NCBI GenBank assembly: GCA_035456405.1
Contig: DATIDG010000070.1
Span: forward strand, 68,163 to 132,162
Direction: 5' to 3'
Length of the DNA: 64,000 nucleotides
From: Burkholderiales bacterium
Lineage (GTDB): Bacteria > Pseudomonadota > Gammaproteobacteria > Burkholderiales > SG8-39
Part shown: positions 10,088-18,133 of the stretch, piece after piece
Position numbering within the stretch: position 1 is the stretch's first letter
Layout of the letters: each line of letters begins with the position of its first letter
Notes under the pieces: model-generated
Told to the model about the DNA's origin: nothing
Seen by the model: the letters and a program-made list of their open reading frames with translations, nothing else
Databases searched by the model: none
Program-made: the position numbers and the translations under genes

Positions 10088-10092
10088 AAGAG

Positions 10093-11388
10093 ATGACGCC
10101 ACGCATCCAAATTCGCGGCGGTCGTCTGGTGGACCCGAAGAGCGAGGTCGATGCGAAGCGCGATCTCTACGTGGCGGATGGGCGCGTGGTCGCGGCCGGC
10201 GCCGCGCCCGACGGGTTCCGCGCCGACCGGGCGATCGATGCGACCGGCCTGGTCGTCGCGCCGGGGCTCGTGGACCTCGCCGCGCGCCTGCGCGAGCCGG
10301 GCCTCGAGTACAAGGCGACGCTCGAATCCGAGATGCTGGCCGCGGTCGCCGGCGGCGTCACGAGCCTCGCGTGTCCGCCAGACACAGACCCCCCGCTCGA
10401 CGAGCCGGGGCTCGTCGAGATGCTCACCCGGCGCGCGCGCAGCCTCAATCTCGCGAAGGTCTATCCCGTCGGCGCGCTCACCGCGAAGCTCGAGGGCGAG
10501 CGGCTGACCGAGATGGCGGAGCTTTCCGACCACGGTTGCCTCGCCTTCTCGCAGGCCGATGCGCCGATCACCGACACGCAGGTGCTGTGGCGCGCGCTGC
10601 AATACGCGGCGACGTTCGGCTTCTCGGTCTGGCTCCGGCCGCAGGATTTCTACCTCGCAAAGAACGGCGTCGCGCACGACGGCGACTTCGCGACGCGCCT
10701 CGGGCTGCCGGGCATCCCTGCGATCGCGGAGACGGTGGCGGTCGGCACGATCCTCGAGCTCGTGCGTGCCACAGGGACGCGCGTCCACCTGTGCCGCCTG
10801 TCGACCGCCGCAGGCGTGGCGATGGTGCGCGCGGCGAAGCGCGAAGGGCTGCCGATCACGTGCGACGTGGCGGTCCACCACCTGCACCTCTCCGACATGG
10901 ACATCGGCTACTTCGACTCGCACGCGCACGTCGTGCCGCCGTTCCGCGGCCAACGCGACCGTGAAGCGCTGCGCGCGGGCGTCGCCGACGGCACCATCGA
11001 CGCGGTCTGCTCCGATCACACGCCGGTCGACGAGGACGCGAAGCAGACGCCGTTCGGCGAATCCGAGCCGGGCACAACCGGCCTCGAGCTGCTCCTGCCG
11101 CTCGCGCTCAAGTGGGGCGCGGAGGCGCGCCTGCCGCTCGGCCGGACGATCGCCAGCGTGACCAGCGCGCCGGCGCGTGTGCTCGGCGTCGACGCCGGCC
11201 ACCTGGGGGTCGGCGCGCCCGGTGACGTCTGCGTATTCGACGCGGGTGCGCACTTCAAGGTCGCGGCCGAATCGCTGAGGAGCCAGGGCAAGAACACGCC
11301 CTATTTGGGCTACGAGCTGCCCGGCGTCGTGCGCTACACGCTGGTGCGCGGCGACGTAAGGTACGAGGCGCGGGGCGAGAGCCGCTGA
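10093..11388 (+). CDS. pyrC: Dihydroorotase-like protein PyrC' (probably the non-catalytic ATCase partner)
   Basis: 431 aa amidohydrolase fold in the pyrB-adjacent position. The canonical D-x-H-x-H metal motif reads DLAARLREPG, so both His are replaced. Confidence 0.85.
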   Translation: MTPRIQIRGGRLVDPKSEVDAKRDLYVADGRVVAAGAAPDGFRADRAIDATGLVVAPGLVDLAARLREPGLEYKATLESEMLAAVAGGVTSLACPPDTDPPLDEPGLVEMLTRRARSLNLAKVYPVGALTAKLEGERLTEMAELSDHGCLAFSQADAPITDTQVLWRALQYAATFGFSVWLRPQDFYLAKNGVAHDGDFATRLGLPGIPAIAETVAVGTILELVRATGTRVHLCRLSTAAGVAMVRAAKREGLPITCDVAVHHLHLSDMDIGYFDSHAHVVPPFRGQRDREALRAGVADGTIDAVCSDHTPVDEDAKQTPFGESEPGTTGLELLLPLALKWGAEARLPLGRTIASVTSAPARVLGVDAGHLGVGAPGDVCVFDAGAHFKVAAESLRSQGKNTPYLGYELPGVVRYTLVRGDVRYEARGESR

Positions 11389-11424
11389 GTTCGCTCCGCC
11401 GGCCCTGCGGCCGGCGGAGCGAAC
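11389..11424 (+). terminator. Perfect 16-bp stem-loop directly after the pyrC' stop (no U-tract)
   Basis: GTTCGCTCCGCCGGCC-ctgc-GGCCGGCGGAGCGAAC. It may be a transcript-end or stabiliser hairpin. A Rho-independent terminator is not proven because no T-run follows. Confidence 0.4.
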
Positions 11425-11433
11425 GGAGGTCTT

Positions 11434-11634
11434 GTGGACCTGGTCGTTCCCTTCCTGAAGGCGCTGGCCCTCGTGCCCCTGCCGCTGCTGCCGATCATCA
11501 ATCCGCTCAGCACGGCGCCGGTGTTCATCGCCACCGTCGGCAGGAACAAGCGCATCGTCGCGCTCATCCTGCTGTGCATCGGGATCCAGATCATGTGGAA
11601 CGGGTGGGCCGAGCTGAATCACCTCGCGCACTGA
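11434..11634 (+). pseudogene. MarC-family (UPF0056) membrane protein remnant with a large in-frame internal deletion
   Basis: 66 aa. The N-terminus FLKALALVPLPLLPIINPLSTAPVFIATVG resembles the MarC N-terminus. The C-terminus RIVALILLCIGIQIMWNG resembles the MarC C-terminal helix. Full-length members are about 200-220 aa. Confidence 0.6.
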
Positions 11635-12406
11635 CCGAATCCACCGCATCCGGCGCTCGCGGGGTTCGCAGAATGAGCATGCGGCAGACCACGAACCCGG
11701 CTGCAGCTGCCGCCAGATGCTTGAGGGAATGGCCGCCGACGAGGTTGCCGAGCGCAAGAATCTCTGCGTCAAGAAACTCCAGCAGCTTCGCGGCCACGTA
11801 CGCCGCGAACACCCAGTAGATGTCGTTGCCGCGCGTGTAGCGCGACGGGTGCAGCCAGGTGATCACGAGCAGGATCACCACCGAGTAGCCTTGCAGGACG
11901 CCATAGGGGATGACGTTGCCGGCGCCCGCCCGCTCCGTGGCGCGCCAGTAGACGACGGATGCGGCGCCCACGACTAGCATCGGCACGAGGAGGGCGAGCC
12001 CCGCCCTGACGTTGACGCGATCGACGATCTGGGCGGCGACCAGCGACATGAACGCGATCGTCATCGGCAGCCGGTCCCAGAACAGCCGCTCGTTGTCCGG
12101 CACCAGGTGGTAGTAGGCGGAGCCTGCCGCGGTCAGCAGAAGGCCGAGGAAGAAGACCGCGTATGGCCAGCGCTCGGCTTCGAGCGCGAACCGCGTGCGC
12201 CGCCGCGCCACGACGATGAGGCCGCAGATGCCGGCCAGCAGGAAACCCGCGTTCGACGCGACATCGAGAAAATTCGCGACGCCCAGCATGGTTCGCCGGT
12301 CGGCGAACTCGTGATAGGCCGGGGGTTGCGGCATCGCCGGCAGCAGAAACGCCGCCGCGAGGCTCAGCGCCGTGAAGGCGACGATGTACCAGGTGCGCTT
12401 CGCCAA
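11591..12406 (-). CDS. Ceramidase-like (alkaline phytoceramidase family) integral membrane protein
   Basis: 271 aa, multi-TM. The N-terminal YHEFADRRTMLGVANFLDVASNAGF motif is typical of bacterial ceramidase-domain proteins (recalled, not searched). Confidence 0.6.
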   Translation of the reverse strand: MAKRTWYIVAFTALSLAAAFLLPAMPQPPAYHEFADRRTMLGVANFLDVASNAGFLLAGICGLIVVARRRTRFALEAERWPYAVFFLGLLLTAAGSAYYHLVPDNERLFWDRLPMTIAFMSLVAAQIVDRVNVRAGLALLVPMLVVGAASVVYWRATERAGAGNVIPYGVLQGYSVVILLVITWLHPSRYTRGNDIYWVFAAYVAAKLLEFLDAEILALGNLVGGHSLKHLAAAAAGFVVCRMLILRTPRAPDAVDSVSARGDSARPTRST

Positions 12407-12436
12407 GCGTGCTTCCCCTGTGGGCGCGGGCGCGGC

Positions 12437-12763
12437 CTATCCACCTGCGTCGTCGAGCAGCCGGGACGGGTCGCAGTCGCCCGCGACTGCGACGATCTTG
12501 TCGCGCGAGCGCTCGCCCGACGCGACGCGGACGGTGCGCCTGGGCACGCCTAGCGTTTCCGCGACCAACGCGACGAGGGCCTCGTTCGCGCGACCGTCGA
12601 GCGCCGGCGCAGCGATGCGGACCTTGAGCCGGTCGCCGTGCAGCCCGGCCACCCCGGAGCGCTTCGCCCCAGGCTGAACGTGCACCGCGAGCGTCCAGCC
12701 GTCCGCCGTCCGGCGTGCCCAGGGGGCGTCAGCCACCCAGGAGCAACGCTCGCGGTGCGCCAT
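12437..12763 (-). CDS. yggU: DUF167 family protein YggU
   Basis: VHVQPGAKRSGV...LKVRIAAPALDGRANEALV...LGVPRRTVRVASGERSRDK signature, in yggT-yggU synteny. The start is uncertain because it overlaps the yggT 3' end. Confidence 0.85.
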   Translation of the reverse strand: MAHRERCSWVADAPWARRTADGWTLAVHVQPGAKRSGVAGLHGDRLKVRIAAPALDGRANEALVALVAETLGVPRRTVRVASGERSRDKIVAVAGDCDPSRLLDDAGG

Positions 12764-13292
12764 CGAGCACGATCAGCAGCACCTGGGCGATGACGATCAC
12801 GAACAGGGGGGACAGGTCGATGTTGCCGATGGGCGGAACGAAGCGGCGGAAGAAGCCGTAGAACGGCCGCGTCAGGCTCTCGAACACGAACCCCAGCGGG
12901 TGTCCCGGGCTCACCCAGCTCAGCACGACCTGGATGATCACCACGAACATGAGGAGCTGCAGGCTCGCGCGGACGAGCTCCACGACCGAGAGCAGCAGCA
13001 CCATGCCCCCGGGGACGTCCACCTTGCCGCCCGCCGCCGCGGCGTAGAGCAGCACCATCATCGCGAGCTGCAGGAACCAGGCGAGAGCGAGCGTCGCGAG
13101 GTCGTACCCCCGGAACGACGGGATCACCCGGCGCAGCGGCAGCACGGCCCAGTCGGTGAGCGCGATGACGAACTGGCCAATGGGGTTGCGGAACGGGGCG
13201 CGCAGCGCCTGCATCCAGAAGCGCAACAGCACGAGGTAGATCAGCAGGCCGAAGGCGGTCTGGATCAGGAACTGGAGGATCTGCGCGAACAT
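12729..13292 (-). CDS. yggT: YggT family membrane protein
   Basis: 187 aa, two YGGT-like hydrophobic repeats, in proC-yggT-yggU synteny. Confidence 0.88.
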   Translation of the reverse strand: MFAQILQFLIQTAFGLLIYLVLLRFWMQALRAPFRNPIGQFVIALTDWAVLPLRRVIPSFRGYDLATLALAWFLQLAMMVLLYAAAAGGKVDVPGGMVLLLSVVELVRASLQLLMFVVIIQVVLSWVSPGHPLGFVFESLTRPFYGFFRRFVPPIGNIDLSPLFVIVIAQVLLIVLDGAPRALLLGG

Positions 13293-13307
13293 CGAGGCGG
13301 ATCCTCG

Positions 13308-14120
13308 TCAGTCCTTGCCGAGCTCGTCGCCGAGCTCGTGCGCCCGCTCGTTCGCCGCGCGAACCGCGCGCACGATCGCGTCGGCGAGCCCGTCGGCCTG
13401 CATGGTCGCGAGCGCGCGCTCGGTGGTGCCGCCCTTGGAGGTCACGCGGCTCCGCAGCGTCGCCGGCGAGTCCGTCGACCGCGCCGCCAGCTCCGCCGCG
13501 CCGCGGAACGTCCCGATCGCGAGCCGCCGCGCGCCGGCCTCGTCCAGACCCAGCTCGCGTGCCGCGCGCTCGAGCGCCTCGATGAAATAGAAGACGTACG
13601 CCGGGCCGCTGCCGGACACCGCGGTCACTGGATCGAGCAGCGCCTCGTCCTCGACCCAGATCACCTCGCCCACGGCTTCCAGGATCGCGTGCGCGTTGCG
13701 CCGTCCTTCCGGTCCGGCTGCGGGCCGCGCGTACAGACCGGTGACGCCGGCGCCGATGAGCGCGGGCGTGTTCGGCATGCAGCGCGCGAGCCGCGCGTGC
13801 CCGCCCAGCCATCGCGCGATGTCCCCGAGCCGGATCCCGGCGGCGATCGACAGCACGAGCTCGCTGCGCAGATGCGGCGCCAGCTCGCGTGCGACCTCGC
13901 GCATCTGCTGCGGCTTCACCGCGATCACGACCACGTCGCCCAACGGCGTGGCCGCCGCCGGCCGCTCCAGACACTTCACACCGAAGGAGTCGGTGAGGCG
14001 CTTGCGCGCCTCTGGGACGACCTCGACCACCCGGATCGACTGCGGCGCGAAACCCTTCGCCACCAGGCCGCCGATGAGCGCCGTGGCCATATTTCCGCCG
14101 CCTATGAACGTGATGTCCAT
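13308..14120 (-). CDS. proC: Pyrroline-5-carboxylate reductase
   Basis: 270 aa with ITFIGGGNMATALIGGL Rossmann N-terminus and SKGGTTERAL C-terminal motif. Confidence 0.93.
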   Translation of the reverse strand: MDITFIGGGNMATALIGGLVAKGFAPQSIRVVEVVPEARKRLTDSFGVKCLERPAAATPLGDVVVIAVKPQQMREVARELAPHLRSELVLSIAAGIRLGDIARWLGGHARLARCMPNTPALIGAGVTGLYARPAAGPEGRRNAHAILEAVGEVIWVEDEALLDPVTAVSGSGPAYVFYFIEALERAARELGLDEAGARRLAIGTFRGAAELAARSTDSPATLRSRVTSKGGTTERALATMQADGLADAIVRAVRAANERAHELGDELGKD

Positions 14121-14159
14121 TCGTCCAATTATCGCGGATAACGCCGCCGGGCTCTTCGA

Positions 14160-14864
14160 TCAGCGGGCGGCGGTTGCCGCCCGCGACCGCGCGCCGAAGA
14201 TGGCGCTTCCCACCCGCACCATCGTAGCCCCGGCGGCGATCGCCGCCTCGAGGTCGTCCGACATGCCCATCGACAAGGTGTCGAGCGCGAGACCGTCGGC
14301 GACCACCCGGTCCTTCAGCTCGCGCAACGCCAGGAAGCGGCGGCGCTGGAGCGCGACGTCGTCGGTCGGCTCGGGAATCGCCATCAACCCGCGCAGGCGC
14401 AGCCGCGGCAGCGCGGCGACCGCGTGTGCGAGCGCGAGGGCCATCTCCGGGCCGACGCCGCTCTTGGTTGCCTCGCCGCTCACGTTGACCTGGATGCACA
14501 CCTGCAGGGGCGATACCCCGTCTGGCCGCTGGGCCGAGAGCCGCTCGGCGATCTTCAGGCGGTCGACGGAGTGCACCCATGCGAAGTGCTCCGCGACCGG
14601 GCGGGTCTTGTTGCTCTGGACCGGGCCGATGAAGTGCCAGACGAGGTCGAGACCGGCCAGCGCGCCGATCTTCGCGACCGCCTCCTGCACCTGGTTCTCC
14701 CCGAAGTCACGCTGCCCGGCCGCGCGGGCCGCGCGGACGTCCGCGGGCGGGAATGTCTTGCTAACCGCGACGAGAACTATGTCACGAGGATCGCGGCCGG
14801 CGGCCGCGCAGGCGGTTGCGATGCGGGACTTTACGGCTTGCAGCCGCTTTTCGATTGTGTCCAT
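14160..14864 (-). CDS. yggS: YggS family pyridoxal-phosphate homeostasis protein
   Basis: 234 aa with VAVSKT (PLP Lys), FGENQVQE and HFIGPVQSNK. It is divergent from pilT, as in Pseudomonas. Confidence 0.92.
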   Translation of the reverse strand: MDTIEKRLQAVKSRIATACAAAGRDPRDIVLVAVSKTFPPADVRAARAAGQRDFGENQVQEAVAKIGALAGLDLVWHFIGPVQSNKTRPVAEHFAWVHSVDRLKIAERLSAQRPDGVSPLQVCIQVNVSGEATKSGVGPEMALALAHAVAALPRLRLRGLMAIPEPTDDVALQRRRFLALRELKDRVVADGLALDTLSMGMSDDLEAAIAAGATMVRVGSAIFGARSRAATAAR

Positions 14865-14932
14865 AATGCCCCGAATTTCTCAAGCGCACCAAGGGGTTGG
14901 CGGCACGTCTTCCAGAGGGACCAAAGGATAAT

Positions 14933-15976
14933 ATGGACATCTCCGAGCTGCTCGCCTTCGTCGTCAAGAACAAGGCCTCCGACCTGCACCTGTCTGCCGG
15001 CCTGCCGCCGATGATCCGCGTGCACGGGGACGTGCGGCGCATCAATCTTCCCGCGCTCGAGCACAAGGACGTGCACGGGATGATCTACGACATCATGAAC
15101 GACGCGCAGCGCAAGCACTACGAGGAGAACCTCGAGTGCGACTTCTCGTTCGCGATCCCCGGGCTCGCGCGCTTCCGCGTCAACGCTTTCGTGCAGCAGC
15201 GCGGCGCGGCCGCGGTGATGCGGACGATTCCGACCAAGGTGCTGACGCTCGAGGAGCTCAATGCGCCGAAGATCTTCACCGAAATCGCCGACCAGCCGCG
15301 CGGCATCGTGCTGGTGACCGGCCCGACCGGCTCGGGCAAGTCGACCACGCTCGCCGCCATGGTCAACCACATCAACGACAGCGAGTACGGCCACATCCTC
15401 ACCATCGAGGACCCGATCGAATTCGTGCACGAGTCGAAGAAGTGCCTGATCAACCAGCGCGAGGTCGGCCCGCACACCCTCTCGTTCTCGAACGCGCTGC
15501 GCTCGGCGCTGCGGGAGGACCCGGACGTGATCCTGGTCGGCGAGATGCGCGACCTCGAGACGATACGCCTCGCGCTCACCGGCGCGGAGACCGGCCACCT
15601 GGTCTTCGGGACGCTGCACACTAGCTCCGCCGCGAAGACCATCGACCGGATCGTCGACGTGTTTCCGGCAGCGGAGAAGGAGATGGTGCGCGCGATGCTG
15701 TCGGAGTCGCTCCGCGCGGTCATCTCGCAGACGCTCCTCAAGACCAAGGACGGCGGCGGCCGCGTCGCCGCGCACGAGATCATGATCGGCACGCCTGCCA
15801 TCCGGAACCTCATCCGCGAGAACAAGGTGGCGCAGATGTACTCGGCGATTCAGACCGGTCAGCAGATGGGCATGCAGACGCTGGACCAGAACCTGCAGGA
15901 GCTGGTCAAGCGCGGGGTCGTGAACGTCGCGGAGGCTCGGGCTCGAGCCATGAACAAAGACAATTTCATCGGTTGA
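14933..15976 (+). CDS. pilT: Type IV pilus retraction ATPase PilT
   Basis: 347 aa from ATG 14933 with an AAAGGA ribosome-binding site upstream. It has ASDLHL, Walker A GPTGSGKST, the AIRNLIRE motif and GMQTLDQ. Confidence 0.95.
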   Translation: MDISELLAFVVKNKASDLHLSAGLPPMIRVHGDVRRINLPALEHKDVHGMIYDIMNDAQRKHYEENLECDFSFAIPGLARFRVNAFVQQRGAAAVMRTIPTKVLTLEELNAPKIFTEIADQPRGIVLVTGPTGSGKSTTLAAMVNHINDSEYGHILTIEDPIEFVHESKKCLINQREVGPHTLSFSNALRSALREDPDVILVGEMRDLETIRLALTGAETGHLVFGTLHTSSAAKTIDRIVDVFPAAEKEMVRAMLSESLRAVISQTLLKTKDGGGRVAAHEIMIGTPAIRNLIRENKVAQMYSAIQTGQQMGMQTLDQNLQELVKRGVVNVAEARARAMNKDNFIG

Positions 15977-16119
15977 GGCCGCAGGCCGAACCCGATGCAA
16001 TTGCGGCGCAGACTCATGCGGCGATGCGGCGCGTCGTGCCGCTTCGCCGCGTTAGTCGTAGCCACAGCTTCATCGGTTGACCGGTAAAGCGAGGCGGGCG
16101 GAACTACAGGTTCATCGGT
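15965..16119 (+). repeat. Three dispersed copies of TTCATCGGT(T/A) at the pilT 3' end and in the pilT-pilU spacer
   Basis: TTCATCGGTTGA occurs at 15965-15976 (including the pilT stop). An identical 12-mer is at 16069-16080, and TTCATCGGTAAA is at 16111-16122. Confidence 0.6.
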
Positions 16120-16212
16120 AAAGGCGGTCCGCGGATCAGGCAGAGACCGCACTACCCGAGCAGACAGGCCGGGCGTAAAGTGGCCCATCGCCCGGGCATC
16201 CAAGGGGACGAA

Positions 16213-17352
16213 ATGGAACGCGACCAAGCAACAAGATTCATCTACGACCTGCTGCGCCTGATGGTGAGCAAGAAAGCCTCCGACCTCTTCATCACCGTCG
16301 GTTTCCCGCCCGCGATCAAACTGGACGGGAAAATGACCCCGGTGTCGCAGCAGCCGCTGGCGGCCCAGCACACCGCGGAGCTCGTCCGCTCGGTCATGAA
16401 CGACCGGCAGGCGGCGGAGTTCGAGGCGACCAAGGAGTGCCAGTTCGCGATCAGCCCGGCCAACATCGGCCGCTTCCGCGTCAGCGCCTTCGTGCAGATG
16501 GGCAACATCGGCATGGTGCTGCGGACGATCAACTCGAGGATCCCGACCTTCGAAGAGCTAAACCTGCCGCCGGTGCTAAAGGACGTGGCGATGACCAAGC
16601 GCGGGCTGGTCATCATGGTCGGCGCCACCGGCTCGGGCAAGTCGACCTCGCTCGCGGCGATGATCGGCTATCGCAACCAGAACTCGCACGGCCACATCAT
16701 CACGATCGAGGACCCGGTCGAGTACGTCCATCCGCACGCGAACTGCCTCATCACGCAGCGCGAGATCGGCGTCGACACCGAGTCGTGGGACAACGCGCTG
16801 AAGAACACCCTGCGCCAGGCCCCGGACGTGATCATGATGGGCGAGATCCGCGACCGCGAGACGATGGACTACGCGGTGGCGTTCGCCGAGACCGGCCACC
16901 TGTGCCTCGCGACGCTGCACGCAAACAGCGCCAACCAGGCCCTCGACCGGATCATCAACTTCTTCCCCGAGGAGCGCCGGGCGCAGCTGCTCATGGACCT
17001 GTCGCTTAACCTGCGCGGCATGGTCTCGCAGCGCCTGATCCCGCTGAAGGAAGGCAAGGGGCGGATCGCCGCGGTCGAGATCATGCTCAACTCGCCGCTT
17101 ATCGCCGACCTCATCTTCAAGGGCGAGGTGCACGAGATCAAGGAGCTGATGAAGCGCTCGCGCGAGCTCGGCATGCAGACCTTCGACCAGCATCTCTTCG
17201 AACTCTACGACAACGGCATCATCAGCTACGAGGACGCGCTGCGCAACGCCGATTCCGTGAACGACCTGCGGCTGTCGATCAAGCTCCACTCCAAGGAAGC
17301 GAAGAACCGCGACATCACGAAGGGCATCGAGCACCTCGACATCGTGAAGTGA
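16213..17352 (+). CDS. pilU: Type IV pilus ATPase PilU
   Basis: 379 aa from ATG 16213 with an AAGGGGA ribosome-binding site. It has ASDLFI, Walker A GATGSGKST and GMQTFDQ, and lies downstream of pilT. Confidence 0.92.
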   Translation: MERDQATRFIYDLLRLMVSKKASDLFITVGFPPAIKLDGKMTPVSQQPLAAQHTAELVRSVMNDRQAAEFEATKECQFAISPANIGRFRVSAFVQMGNIGMVLRTINSRIPTFEELNLPPVLKDVAMTKRGLVIMVGATGSGKSTSLAAMIGYRNQNSHGHIITIEDPVEYVHPHANCLITQREIGVDTESWDNALKNTLRQAPDVIMMGEIRDRETMDYAVAFAETGHLCLATLHANSANQALDRIINFFPEERRAQLLMDLSLNLRGMVSQRLIPLKEGKGRIAAVEIMLNSPLIADLIFKGEVHEIKELMKRSRELGMQTFDQHLFELYDNGIISYEDALRNADSVNDLRLSIKLHSKEAKNRDITKGIEHLDIVK

Positions 17353-17405
17353 CCGGGCTGCCGAGGCCGCACCATCGGCCTCGGCGTTCGCCGGGATCCA
17401 GGAGA

Positions 17406-17431
17406 GGCCGGCACAGCCGGCCCTTTTTTTT
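17406..17431 (+). terminator. Rho-independent terminator of pilU
   Basis: GGCCGGC-aca-GCCGGCC stem followed by C+T8. A second 9-bp hairpin CCGAGGCCG/CGGCCTCGG precedes it at 17361-17384. Confidence 0.75.
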
Positions 17432-17775
17432 GCAACGGGCCTCACATGTTCCCGAGGGCGCGCCACCCCGCTCGCCGCCGGGGTTGCTTCCGCCGAGGTA
17501 GCACACTTGGGCGCGATGCGGAGCGAGCTGCAACGAGGAGGAGGTGGCACGCGGCCTGGCGCACGGCCGGCGCTGTGGGCGGCCGGGTCGCTGGTGTCGT
17601 TCGCGGCGGCCACCGTTACGGGGCTAGACCCCGGAGAAATTGGCGCGCGCGCCGGCCGGCCTCGAGCCTGCCCCGCAGGGGCTGAGCGAGCACGCGCGAT
17701 CGCGCGGACGTCCTGGTCATCACGTTCCAGTTCCCGGACACGTGAGGATCCTGCCCGGCCGGGCGCGAGGCCCGG

Positions 17776-18105
17776 TCAGAGCGTGTCGCGGCGCGTCGCC
17801 CGCTTCAGCCCGCGGATCTCGTTCAGCACCGCCTTCAGACCGCCGTGATCGGTCGAGGCGAGGATCTCGTCGCGCCTCTTCTTCAATGCGCGAATGCGGG
17901 CCTTGGTCTTCGTCCGCTGCTCTCCGGCAGCGTGGCGGTGATGGTGGAGATGGGCGTCGATGCCGAGCGCGTTGCACAGGGCCACCAGCAGGTGGTCCTT
18001 GTTCATCTGCGTGTAGCCCTTCACCGCCTCGTGCTCGGTCGCCTTCGCGAGCTCGCGCAGCTCGGCCACGGTCTTGTGCTTTAGCTCGTCGTAGGTTTGC
18101 GCCAT
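17776..18105 (-). CDS. Small Rho_N/SAP-like (HeH) domain protein with a His-rich linker and basic tail
   Basis: 109 aa. YDELKHKTVAELRELAK resembles the Rho N-terminal HeH motif, followed by HLHHHRH. The assignment is from motif recall only. Confidence 0.55.
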   Translation of the reverse strand: MAQTYDELKHKTVAELRELAKATEHEAVKGYTQMNKDHLLVALCNALGIDAHLHHHRHAAGEQRTKTKARIRALKKRRDEILASTDHGGLKAVLNEIRGLKRATRRDTL

Positions 18106-18133
18106 TGCCGTGCTCCTTGGGATCGGGACGCCT

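Noticed and set aside
12550-14580. A 676-aa minus-strand ORF and a 413-aa plus-strand ORF overlapping yggT, proC and yggS.
   Set aside because: They are off-frame artefacts with RG-rich composition. The annotated frames contain canonical ProC, YggT and YggS motifs and tight operon spacing.
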